DNA of 64,000 nt, taken from the NCBI GenBank assembly GCA_029227635.1, contig JAQYAH010000086.1, positions 26,160 through 90,159 of the forward strand, written 5' to 3'. Shown here piece by piece: positions 56,546 through 64,000 of this stretch. Both the position numbers and the translations under genes were made by a program. The notes under the pieces were generated by a model that did not search any database, was not told the origin of the DNA, and saw only the letters and a program-made list of their open reading frames with translations. The DNA comes from Clostridiales bacterium (GTDB lineage Bacteria > Bacillota > Clostridia > Lachnospirales > Lachnospiraceae). Numbering within the stretch: position 1 is the stretch's first letter; every line of letters begins with the position of its first letter.

Positions 56546-56920
56546 CTACTCGGTTTCTCCTCCGCTTCCGGAATCTTCAGGATCCTCCGGGTCTTCCCCA
56601 TTACCTGAGTCATCAGGGTCCGTTGAGTCATCCTTCCCCGGAGAATTCTGGTCGGAACTATCTGTGTTCCCGGCACTGTTCTCTCTAAGCTCCCGGATCT
56701 CTTGAATGGACCTCTCCGCCTCTGCAACATCCTTCTTCTCAAGAGCTTCGATCTGCGCAATTCCCTTTGCAGGATCCTCCACGGGTTTCGGGTTAAGTTT
56801 TACAAATACCTTTACAATAACAAAAAGGACGAGCAGTACCGCCAGCGTCTTAACCAGATATCCGAGCCAACGCCTTCCTGTTCCTTCCTGCGTCCACAAA
56901 TACAACTTATCTTTCTTCAT
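56546..56920 (-). CDS. small single-pass membrane protein with an acidic Asp/Ser/Gly/Pro-rich tail
   Basis: The TM segment LVKTLAVLLVLFVIVKVFV. It is the first gene of the MBOAT operon. Confidence 0.5.
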   Translation of the reverse strand: MKKDKLYLWTQEGTGRRWLGYLVKTLAVLLVLFVIVKVFVKLNPKPVEDPAKGIAQIEALEKKDVAEAERSIQEIRELRENSAGNTDSSDQNSPGKDDSTDPDDSGNGEDPEDPEDSGSGGETE

Positions 56921-57010
56921 GGATTCTCTGTTTTCCTATGTCTTCCGATAGATATACACAGTTATTTTATAACAGTTTATCCGCAAAGTAAACTTAATAA
57001 ACTGTGAAGA

Positions 57011-58255
57011 CTATCCTCTGTTCACCCTTGTAACAGAATATCCCACTTCATACTCTTCGATTGCAAAAGTAATAACATCCCCTCTTTCAACCTCTTCTTT
57101 CTCTCCTCTCTTAAGCCTTCTCCCATTAACAAAAGTGCCGTTTGTGGATTCCAGATCTTCCACGAACCAGGTGCCGGCCAACTGCTCAAACCTGGCATGT
57201 GTCCTACTCACTGCCGGATTGTAAATAATCCCATCCGAAGCCGACTCACTGCTGCCTATGACAAACGGAGTTTTGTCCACATTTAACCTTTCATAGCTTC
57301 CGGTCTTTGATAAGCTGAACCCTCTTATTGTCTCATCGGGCAGCTTCTCCACATTGCCAAGAAAAACTGTCCCTGGGTCCTCCTCCGGCAATTCTTCCTC
57401 CCACATTTCTACTACTTCTCTCTTTCGCTTTATCTTTCCAAGCTTCTCGTATATTGTCTCTCCCAAATAACCGGTAATCAATAAAGCTACTGCAATACTT
57501 AAAAATCCGAAAACCATAGCTCTTCCGGAAAAAACAAGATAGCTGATCACTGCGGCACAAGCCAGACATAAAGCACCTCTTCTGATCATAGCGAGTTTGC
57601 TCTTCTCCGGTATAGCTTCCGGTATATTTTCCTCCTGAGCCTCCAAAACAGGCTTTTTTTCAAAGGGTTCACCCCTCGACACCTCTCCAAAATCTACCGT
57701 TTCTTCTCTTACCATTTGTTGAAGAATATCTGCGATGGGGGTCTTCTTTCTTAATTCACTGAGGATTCCGTAGCACACCATTATGGTATCTTTTCCTGCC
57801 AGTTCCGACAGTGGCAGCAATTCCTGAAAGAGATCTTCAAGCGATTCTCTTATCTCTGTATTATCTGAGGGCAGATAACAGAACCTGAATCCTTCGGAAT
57901 CCAAAAAAATATAATCTGAACTAAACAGTATTCCTTCCGCGCCTAAAAGATAGTCTTCACACTCTTCCTCTATTTTTCCGATATCTCCTATCAATTTCAT
58001 CATCAGATCCGAACTCAGTCCTTCCCTTCCAAGATGCTCTCTCAGCGTCTTCATCTCTGTGATGTCATAGTAGAATCTTGCCTTGCCATCCATACACCGG
58101 ACGCTGCAGCTCAAAATCCCCTTGATATCGTTGGACAGAATCATTCGAAACCGGTAATCCTCTTTATAAATTTCTCCATTTTCAATTATCAGATATGTTC
58201 GATTCCGATCCTTACGTGTCTCAGTTTTCACTGCACACTCACCTCGTTTTTCCAT
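57011..58255 (-). CDS. FHA-domain membrane protein (N-terminal DUF6382-like domain, TM, C-terminal FHA)
   Basis: The C-terminus FVIGSSE..VSRTHARFEQLAGTWFVEDLESTNGTFVNGRRL is a canonical FHA domain. There are two central hydrophobic helices. Confidence 0.85.
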   Translation of the reverse strand: MEKRGECAVKTETRKDRNRTYLIIENGEIYKEDYRFRMILSNDIKGILSCSVRCMDGKARFYYDITEMKTLREHLGREGLSSDLMMKLIGDIGKIEEECEDYLLGAEGILFSSDYIFLDSEGFRFCYLPSDNTEIRESLEDLFQELLPLSELAGKDTIMVCYGILSELRKKTPIADILQQMVREETVDFGEVSRGEPFEKKPVLEAQEENIPEAIPEKSKLAMIRRGALCLACAAVISYLVFSGRAMVFGFLSIAVALLITGYLGETIYEKLGKIKRKREVVEMWEEELPEEDPGTVFLGNVEKLPDETIRGFSLSKTGSYERLNVDKTPFVIGSSESASDGIIYNPAVSRTHARFEQLAGTWFVEDLESTNGTFVNGRRLKRGEKEEVERGDVITFAIEEYEVGYSVTRVNRG

Positions 58256-58650
58256 TCCATTACTCCCCGGATAATTCGAATTACCCTCTGAGGACTTATG
58301 GTGCAGGCTTCAGAAGCAACTTCACCTGAAGTCAGGGAAGACGATATATCAGCAGTTATCTGTACCCCTCCCGGACTTGTGCCAATCCCGGTCACAGTCT
58401 TCATCTGAATCAGCTTATTGCCTATCAACTCCTCATACGCTCTGATTCCCATATCCTCCGGCTCTCCAATATCCAGCATCTCTCCCCGGGCACCGTATAA
58501 GACTGCCTCCATACTCACGGATTTAATTATGCTGAGATCGTGCAAAAAGAATCCCATGTAAATAACAAACACAATACAAGTGAACACCATAGGAAAAATC
58601 AAAGAGGCCTCAACTGTAAGGCTGCCTCTTCTATAACAATTAATTTGCAT
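58228..58650 (-). CDS. TadE-like pseudopilin
   Basis: N-terminus RRGSLTVEASLIFPMVF: a prepilin-like G/SLTVE site with Glu at +5, then a hydrophobic helix. Confidence 0.7.
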   Translation of the reverse strand: MQINCYRRGSLTVEASLIFPMVFTCIVFVIYMGFFLHDLSIIKSVSMEAVLYGARGEMLDIGEPEDMGIRAYEELIGNKLIQMKTVTGIGTSPGGVQITADISSSLTSGEVASEACTISPQRVIRIIRGVMEWKNEVSVQ

Positions 58651-59069
58651 ATCACCACTCCCAGATATGAAAAGAAAATGAAAGGCACAAAAGGAAAACT
58701 TATATTCCTTCTTGCCCTTGTCCCAACGAGACGTAAAGCCCCATAAAGAGCCGCTCCCGAAAAACTCAACAGTATCACCTCCACCGCAGACATAAATCCC
58801 AAAGAGGTGCTTAGCGCTGCCAGCACATAGGCATCTCCTGCCCCCATTCCTCCTTTAGACACCAGGGACACAAGCCTGAACATCACAAGTATGACAATGC
58901 AGGTCACCACACGGATGAAAAAACCTTCTACTCCGAAAGCACTTAGCACCAAGCTGTACAAAGTAGGAATTATGAGAATTCCCAGGTATACTCTTCTGGT
59001 TCTCACATCAATATAGGCAATGATAGCGAGAGCAATTATCCACATTATGATTTCCATCATTTTCCACAT
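58599..59069 (-). CDS. A24-family prepilin peptidase (CpaA/TadV-like)
   Basis: Polytopic protein with both Asp motifs, AYIDVRTRRV and GGMGAGDAYVLAAL. The start is uncertain (TTG 59078 or ATG 59069). Confidence 0.8.
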   Translation of the reverse strand: MWKMMEIIMWIIALAIIAYIDVRTRRVYLGILIIPTLYSLVLSAFGVEGFFIRVVTCIVILVMFRLVSLVSKGGMGAGDAYVLAALSTSLGFMSAVEVILLSFSGAALYGALRLVGTRARRNISFPFVPFIFFSYLGVVICKLIVIEEAALQLRPL

Positions 59070-59878
59070 TTGCTGCAACTCCTCCTTCCCTGTGCTTCTG
59101 CTTCCTTGCGGCTTATTGCAGTCACTTCATGATAGATACCGGAGCAGGTAGAAGAACTGTGATACCTGTTTCCATAAGCCGTGTAATATATGATTGCCCC
59201 GGTGCCCCCACAGAACTCGCAGGGATAGTACTTCTCACCGCTTTTATTTCTCAACTCCGAGGTCACTGATACAGAGGCAGAATTCACCCGTGGTCTGATA
59301 TAGGAGCAATCGCTGCTCTCGTGGTATACTACTCCCGCCTCTGTAATGTATACTGTATCCTTTTCAGAGTCTTCGCCTCCCACGCCGTCATTGTACCCTA
59401 ACCAGGCATTCATTCTGACTCGCTGCAAAAAGGAGAGTTTTCTCCCAAATAAAGTACCGAAAGGTAAAGCAATCTCATATTCGGCCACAAGATCCACTAT
59501 TCTATCCTCCAGTGAAAATTTAGAATTCAAGAGCGAAAGACTTCCTCCTTTAAGAAGAATATCTCTGACGTATTTGTCTTCACTAAGTTCCTGAGTTACC
59601 ATGGCCGTTGCAGTTCCGACTGTTAAAAGTTCTCCTCCCTCAGATATCAGGTCCAACACCCTCTCATCTTCGATCTTATCCTTCCCGTAGCCTTCCATCT
59701 CCCGAATCGCATACGCACCGGATACCATTTTTCTGCAGGTGTTCTGCAAAGACATAAGAACTGCCTGATGGACATATATCACGTTAATAAGCATTGTAAT
59801 AGCCAACATCCCACTCAAAAAAAGAGGGATGATTAGTGCTGCCTCCACAGTGAGGCTGCCTTTAGTTCTGTTTCTCAT
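59057..59878 (-). CDS. TadE-like pseudopilin fused to a Cys-rich (YHxSSxC / CxxC) C-terminal domain
   Basis: N-terminus TKGSLTVEAALIIPLFL. The C-terminus has VVYHESSDCSYI..YYPCEFCGG..NRYHSSSTCSGI..RRSCSKCGK. Start is ATG 59878 (the track uses TTG 59887). Confidence 0.7.
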   Translation of the reverse strand: MRNRTKGSLTVEAALIIPLFLSGMLAITMLINVIYVHQAVLMSLQNTCRKMVSGAYAIREMEGYGKDKIEDERVLDLISEGGELLTVGTATAMVTQELSEDKYVRDILLKGGSLSLLNSKFSLEDRIVDLVAEYEIALPFGTLFGRKLSFLQRVRMNAWLGYNDGVGGEDSEKDTVYITEAGVVYHESSDCSYIRPRVNSASVSVTSELRNKSGEKYYPCEFCGGTGAIIYYTAYGNRYHSSSTCSGIYHEVTAISRKEAEAQGRRSCSKCGK

Positions 59879-59893
59879 AGTATTCAAATTCGC

Positions 59894-59996
59894 CGCCGGC
59901 AGATACTCAAATATGTATAGGGGGTAATAAGGGGGATAAAAGAGCGTCTTTCCTTTCTGATAATGAAAACAACGAGCTTTAGAGTATCTGCCGGCG
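59894..59996. repeat. 15-bp perfect inverted repeat (CGCCGGCAGATACTC / GAGTATCTGCCGGCG) with a 73-nt spacer, intergenic within the Tad operon
   Basis: Read directly from the sequence: arms at 59894-59908 and 59982-59996. Confidence 0.8.
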
Positions 59997-60005
59997 ACAA
60001 ACTTT

Positions 60006-61511
60006 CTAATATCTGTAGCTTACTGAAAACTCATAGGAGTATTTCCCGGAAATGCTCCAGTTATTTCTTATTACTGCTCCGACGACGACCTGATCAATCC
60101 TGAAATCCGGATCTCCTCCTACCTTGATGCTGGTCTCACAAAGGTCCAGCGCCCTCATAGTTTCTCCCCGGATTCCCTGAAGATACATCATTATTCTGAG
60201 GTAGGTCTCATAATCTGCTCCTTTGTCACTCTGTGATCGGATTCGAAAACTTCCTGTACTGAAATCTACGATCTCCGACAGTCCGCTTTCCCAGTCCCCG
60301 GACTCCTTAATAATTGGCACCTTGCCTCCGGCGAGAAGGGTCCTCACATCGAGAATGCTCTCAATGTATGCCCAGGCAAGTACAAAAGCCCACTTCAAAG
60401 CAGTTACAAGCGCAGGAACTCCAAACAATCCCGCGGTTGCAACTGCCAGTGCCTCTGCCTCGGAAAGCCTGGCACTGTCCGTACACAGATACGCGAAATT
60501 TGCCCCTTCTCTTATTAGCAAGAGTCGACTGGTTACATTCTCCAGGTTGGCTATGTCGCTATCCTCCCCGGCCAGAATATACTCAATTTCGTAATCCAGC
60601 CCTCTTGGAATATCATCCTCAGGGGCTGCCCTGTAGTTGGTGTAATGACTCATGAGATATTCACTGAAAAGCACCTTATCCAGTGCCTCATTTCGATCTC
60701 CCGACTGGGGGCATTCACCGTAGCCTTTGAGCAGTTCCCGGTTGGAAACAAGATCATCGGTCTGTATCTTCTTGTTTGACACTGCCTCAGGATCTTCCAG
60801 CACAACATTCAAAACACTCATGGCCTTGATCTTCTCTACATCTGCAGTGGTATTCTCGATTTCCGAGAAATCAGCCTCCTCTCCGGCTTCCTCCCCGGCT
60901 TCTTCCAGCTGGTTCTTAAGGCTGTTAATTGTGTCCTTGTTGCTTTCTTCCCTCTCTGTTACAGTTGTCTTTTGCTCATCCAACTGCCCTGCCTGTATCT
61001 CCAGATCCAGCAGCTGCTCAGCAAACTTAATACCGTATTTCTCCTGCATAAAATCACTTAGCTGATTTCTGAAGGGCGCTCCCTCCTCATCCGTCATGAG
61101 CATAAGTGCGGTGATTTCAGCCTCGTTCCCATCCCAAAGATATCTGACCGGATTTCTATGGCCCTTATCCAGACCTTTCTCCATATCGATGTGATAGGAC
61201 AGATAATCTAAATAGCGGTTTTCCAGCCTTTCTTCCGGACCGCCCCCACTATCGGGGGCGGTATCCAATCCGAAAACATTCCAGTTCAACAGCAGTTCCT
61301 CGTTGTACTCTCCAAAAAGTGAATCGATGCCGGCGTATGAGATCAGCCGGGCAGCAGATTTGGATGCCTGAATATAGGCACTTTGCAGAAGTGACAAAGA
61401 CACAGAAATGATCAAAATAAGTACAAGTGCCAGAAACACCGTGATTGCCCCGGTTTCCTGCCTAGATTGATGTGCTTTCTCTTGTAATTTTCTCGAATAT
61501 TGAATCAACAA
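60006..61511 (-). CDS. TadG-like large pseudopilin/pilus-associated protein
   Basis: N-terminus ..ETGAITVFLALVLILIISVSL (TadE/G-like). The 5' 50 nt overlaps the flp ORF, so the true start is uncertain. Confidence 0.6.
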   Translation of the reverse strand: MLIQYSRKLQEKAHQSRQETGAITVFLALVLILIISVSLSLLQSAYIQASKSAARLISYAGIDSLFGEYNEELLLNWNVFGLDTAPDSGGGPEERLENRYLDYLSYHIDMEKGLDKGHRNPVRYLWDGNEAEITALMLMTDEEGAPFRNQLSDFMQEKYGIKFAEQLLDLEIQAGQLDEQKTTVTEREESNKDTINSLKNQLEEAGEEAGEEADFSEIENTTADVEKIKAMSVLNVVLEDPEAVSNKKIQTDDLVSNRELLKGYGECPQSGDRNEALDKVLFSEYLMSHYTNYRAAPEDDIPRGLDYEIEYILAGEDSDIANLENVTSRLLLIREGANFAYLCTDSARLSEAEALAVATAGLFGVPALVTALKWAFVLAWAYIESILDVRTLLAGGKVPIIKESGDWESGLSEIVDFSTGSFRIRSQSDKGADYETYLRIMMYLQGIRGETMRALDLCETSIKVGGDPDFRIDQVVVGAVIRNNWSISGKYSYEFSVSYRY

Positions 61512-61629
61512 GGTTAGTCAACTGCTCCTTAAAAATAATAACCAAACCAATCAGCACCACCAGTATCAAGATGATCTCAACCACCCCGATACCGTCTTCC
61601 TCCCTTAAAAATCTCTCCATAACATTCAT
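61462..61629 (-). CDS. flp: Flp-family type IVb pilin (55 aa; below the ORF-track length cut-off)
   Basis: My translation is MNVMERFLREEDGIGVVEIILILVVLIGLVIIFKEQLTNLVDSIFEKITRESTSI. It has a G/IGVVE site (Glu +5) and a hydrophobic helix. AGGAGG lies 8 nt upstream of the ATG. Confidence 0.75.
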   Translation of the reverse strand: MNVMERFLREEDGIGVVEIILILVVLIGLVIIFKEQLTNLVDSIFEKITRESTSI

Positions 61630-61642
61630 CTTCTCTTCCTCC

Positions 61643-63001
61643 TTATATCTGCATTGTCATAAATGCCGGAACCATGATTATCAAAAGCACGACTCCCAGC
61701 ATCATTATCATGGGTAGCAAAAGTTTTGTTCCTGCCTCCTCCCCCAGTTTCCGAGCATTACCCTTGCGCCGCGAAAAAGCTTCCTGGGTCTCCGTTCTGA
61801 AAAGCCGGATCAAATCCTTACTACCCTTTCTTGAATTCTGGGTCAACATTACCGAAAACCTCATGTATTCCGGGAGTGCACATCGGTTTCCGAAATGTTC
61901 ATAGGCATCGGTTTCCGCCACGCCGCTTCCCAGTTCATTCAGAAGGATCCGAATCTCCCGATTCAGATACTCCTTACCCTTGTCCCCGGCAAAATCTGCT
62001 GCTAGCTTCTCCCAGACCCGGCGCATGCTCATGCCTGCGCCCAACAATAGGACTGTCTTATTCAGCATCTCCGGATACGCTCTGACCAGCTGTCGGTTTC
62101 GTTCCTTCATTGCTTTATGGACATTCTCATCTTCCCGAATGATAATAAGTACTGCTGCAAAAAAGCCAAGAGCCAGCAACACTCCCCAAGTAAGATCTGC
62201 AGGTTTCCGAAAGTATATTCTCTCTCCATTCAAGTCTTTCGGCAGCACCACCCTATCCCCCGTCACGTCCTGACCATTCAGTTCTGATACCTTCTCCGCG
62301 ACTCTCTCTTCAAAAGAAACCTTTCTCTCGGGCGGAAAAATGGTCACGGTTCGCTCATAACTTTTTTTATATTCTCCCATGGTCAGCTCAGCTTTCAGGA
62401 TATACTCGATCCCCTCTGAGGGAATACTCTCTGCCTCCAGCTCCCCTCGGCTGTTGACATATCTGTAAGAGTCCGGTTTCCACCTTACACTGATCTTTCC
62501 CTCAATCACTTCAGTAACCAGGTTAAGATTATGCCGGACACAGTCGAAGGTATCTCCCTCCTTAAGTATCCTGGAATCCAGTTCTTTGATTCCCCGAACA
62601 AAGAGCGTTTCTGCCGCCTCCTTCGAATACTCTCTGGGAGAGATTGTTAGACTTACCGTATCCTCCTCTTCTTCGCCTTCGACAATCAGCTTGACCTCTC
62701 TGCTGCTTTCTCCGTAACCGTTTCGCTTGATTTCCGTCACTTTATTTCCTTGAATAACAGTGCCGGTAAACAAAATCACTGATGCTGCAAGTCCGGCACA
62801 AAATATCAGTCCTCCCCGGTTATATTTTTTAATAAAATACGCTCTGACAGCCTCCCGGCTTCGATTACCCGGATCTATAGCACTTAGTTCCCCGGCAATA
62901 GCAGTTTCGTTATAGTACTCTCTGCCCTTGATTCTCTCCAGGGCATTCAGAATAACTCTGCCTATCAGGTATCTATTTCTTCTTCCTTCCCTAAACCTCA
63001 A
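61643..63001 (-). CDS. TadC-like T2SS-F-domain protein with a ~190-aa inserted extracytoplasmic domain
   Basis: The C-terminal half (..LLLGAGMSMRRVWEKL..GSGVAETDAYEHFG..KLLLPMIMMLGVVLLII) has the T2SSF pattern. The N-terminal half has two TMs flanking a soluble domain. Confidence 0.7.
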   Translation of the reverse strand: MRFREGRRNRYLIGRVILNALERIKGREYYNETAIAGELSAIDPGNRSREAVRAYFIKKYNRGGLIFCAGLAASVILFTGTVIQGNKVTEIKRNGYGESSREVKLIVEGEEEEDTVSLTISPREYSKEAAETLFVRGIKELDSRILKEGDTFDCVRHNLNLVTEVIEGKISVRWKPDSYRYVNSRGELEAESIPSEGIEYILKAELTMGEYKKSYERTVTIFPPERKVSFEERVAEKVSELNGQDVTGDRVVLPKDLNGERIYFRKPADLTWGVLLALGFFAAVLIIIREDENVHKAMKERNRQLVRAYPEMLNKTVLLLGAGMSMRRVWEKLAADFAGDKGKEYLNREIRILLNELGSGVAETDAYEHFGNRCALPEYMRFSVMLTQNSRKGSKDLIRLFRTETQEAFSRRKGNARKLGEEAGTKLLLPMIMMLGVVLLIIMVPAFMTMQI

Positions 63002-63734
63002 TACTCAGTATCCTCCGTCCAAGAAGAAACGCTCCTCCAAGGATTCCTATTGCAGTTGTCATCACGATCCTCCCTGTAATTGTTGTGTACAAAACGCTCA
63101 TAAACTGTGGGAAGCAAACCCTCATGTAGATTATTATCAGAAATGGAATTGCAGACATGATCTTCCACTCCAGCTTTCTTGCTGCAAGTGCAGTCTGTAT
63201 TTCGGCTTCAAGTTCTATCTTGTCCCCGATGATTGCGGCTGTGCTGTCCGTTATTGATATTAGATCTCCTCCGCTTCTCTTGGCAGTTCTGAGAACTGCC
63301 GCAAAGTCCGTGATGTCCTCTATCCTTGCTCTGGCGGCAAAGCTATCAAAAACCTGCTCCACCGGAAGCCGAAGCCCGATCTCATTCTCCATGTGACGGA
63401 ATTCCTTAACTATATCCGACTCTGATCCGAAAACCTTCTCCATATCCCGGCGGGTCTCTCCCACCGTATTCTCCATGGAGTATCCGGCCCTGAGAGCTGT
63501 CTTCATGGATATAAGTGCCTCCTTAAACTCTCTTCTTAGTTTCAACCGCCTTCTTTGTTCCCTGTTATCTGTTTCTCCCTTCATCAAAGGAATGATGAGA
63601 AAAGCTCCAAGGAGCATTGCCTTAAGTGTCCCAAAGAAGAGGTAGGCGCAGCCGCCCAAAAGAATCATATTCTTGAAAAATGCAGGTGCCTCCCAATCAG
63701 TCGTTAATCTTCGTACAGTTCTTAAGCGTTCCAA
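62991..63734 (-). CDS. TadB-like T2SS-F-domain protein
   Basis: 247 aa with ..ISMKTALRAGYSMENTVGE.. and terminal TM helices. It overlaps both neighbouring genes. Confidence 0.7.
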   Translation of the reverse strand: MERLRTVRRLTTDWEAPAFFKNMILLGGCAYLFFGTLKAMLLGAFLIIPLMKGETDNREQRRRLKLRREFKEALISMKTALRAGYSMENTVGETRRDMEKVFGSESDIVKEFRHMENEIGLRLPVEQVFDSFAARARIEDITDFAAVLRTAKRSGGDLISITDSTAAIIGDKIELEAEIQTALAARKLEWKIMSAIPFLIIIYMRVCFPQFMSVLYTTITGRIVMTTAIGILGGAFLLGRRILSIEV

Positions 63735-64000
63735 TCTTCCTTAATTCCCCCTCCTTCAGTTCAAAAAGCGGATTTAATATTACCCGCCCTCTCTCATAGG
63801 CTTCCAGTTCCGATATTGCAATTACTCTCCTGAAACCGTCCCGGCTTCTTCCCAGATGTACCATTATGTCAATTCCCGAGACAATCATTCGGTATATCGC
63901 TTCCAGCGGGAGTTCCATTCCCATTAGAATCATTGTGGATAATCGGTTTATCATATCCTCTGTTGAGTTGGCATGACCGGTGCTTAGGGATCCGTCATGT
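63697..64000 (-). CDS. CpaF/TadA-type secretion ATPase, C-terminal fragment (5' end beyond window)
   Basis: The frame is open to the window edge. The translation ..HDGSLSTGHANSTEDMINRLSTMILMG..LPLEAIYRMIVSGIDIMVHLGR matches the His-box/C-terminal region of VirB11/CpaF ATPases. Confidence 0.8.
   Translation of the reverse strand, partial: HDGSLSTGHANSTEDMINRLSTMILMGMELPLEAIYRMIVSGIDIMVHLGRSRDGFRRVIAISELEAYERGRVILNPLFELKEGELRKIGTLKNCTKIND

Noticed and set aside
1-64000. tRNA, rRNA, CRISPR arrays, IS elements/transposases, integrases, toxin-antitoxin or known defence genes
   Set aside because: I saw no T-loop (GGTTCGAATCC-like) sequences, regularly spaced repeats, DDE/tyrosine-recombinase-like ORFs or nuclease/ATPase defence architectures while reading both strands. 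I cannot exclude small elements without a proper scan.

Overview
The window reads as a chromosomal segment from a Firmicutes/Clostridia bacterium, probably Lachnospiraceae-like. That assignment is inferred from gene content and from the Bacillus-type synteny block yaaO-like decarboxylase, holB, ricT(yaaT), tRNA MTase, rsmI. It is densely coding, mostly on the minus strand, and most genes are housekeeping: nrdD (partial), glmS, metK, murA, xpt, apt, map, folP-folK, citrate synthase plus aconitase, holB, rsmI, two Fe-ADHs, two NSS transporters, and mgtE plus two CNNM/CorC proteins.

Four accessory-looking blocks stand out:
- 1987-6493: a tightly coupled operon of a zinc-ribbon membrane protein, a doubly anchored subtilase-vWA fusion and an MBL hydrolase.
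- 28138-33133: a sortase-B-type, streptococcal-FCT-like pilus island. It has a catalytically dead signal-peptidase homologue, a Spy0128-like backbone pilin, a class B sortase and a ChW-repeat/Cna-B tip adhesin, with unusual LI[PS]TG sorting motifs.
- 53856-56920: an MBOAT plus DHHW-family pair in which the DHHW motif reads DSRW.
- 57011-64000: a Tad/Flp-type pilus locus (CpaF partial, TadB, TadC, a 55-aa Flp pilin missing from the ORF track, TadG/TadE-like pseudopilins, prepilin peptidase) ending in a membrane FHA-domain protein.

At nucleotide level there is a recurring conserved box, minus-strand ...TTTT-RTA-GAAG-..-CGAGC(C)AAAG. It sits directly after intrinsic terminators and opens long hairpins in the leaders of metK, folP and the zinc-ribbon operon. 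I could not match it to any RNA class I know.

I found no rRNA, tRNA, CRISPR array, transposase or recognisable defence genes. All calls rest on motif recognition by eye, with no database search.
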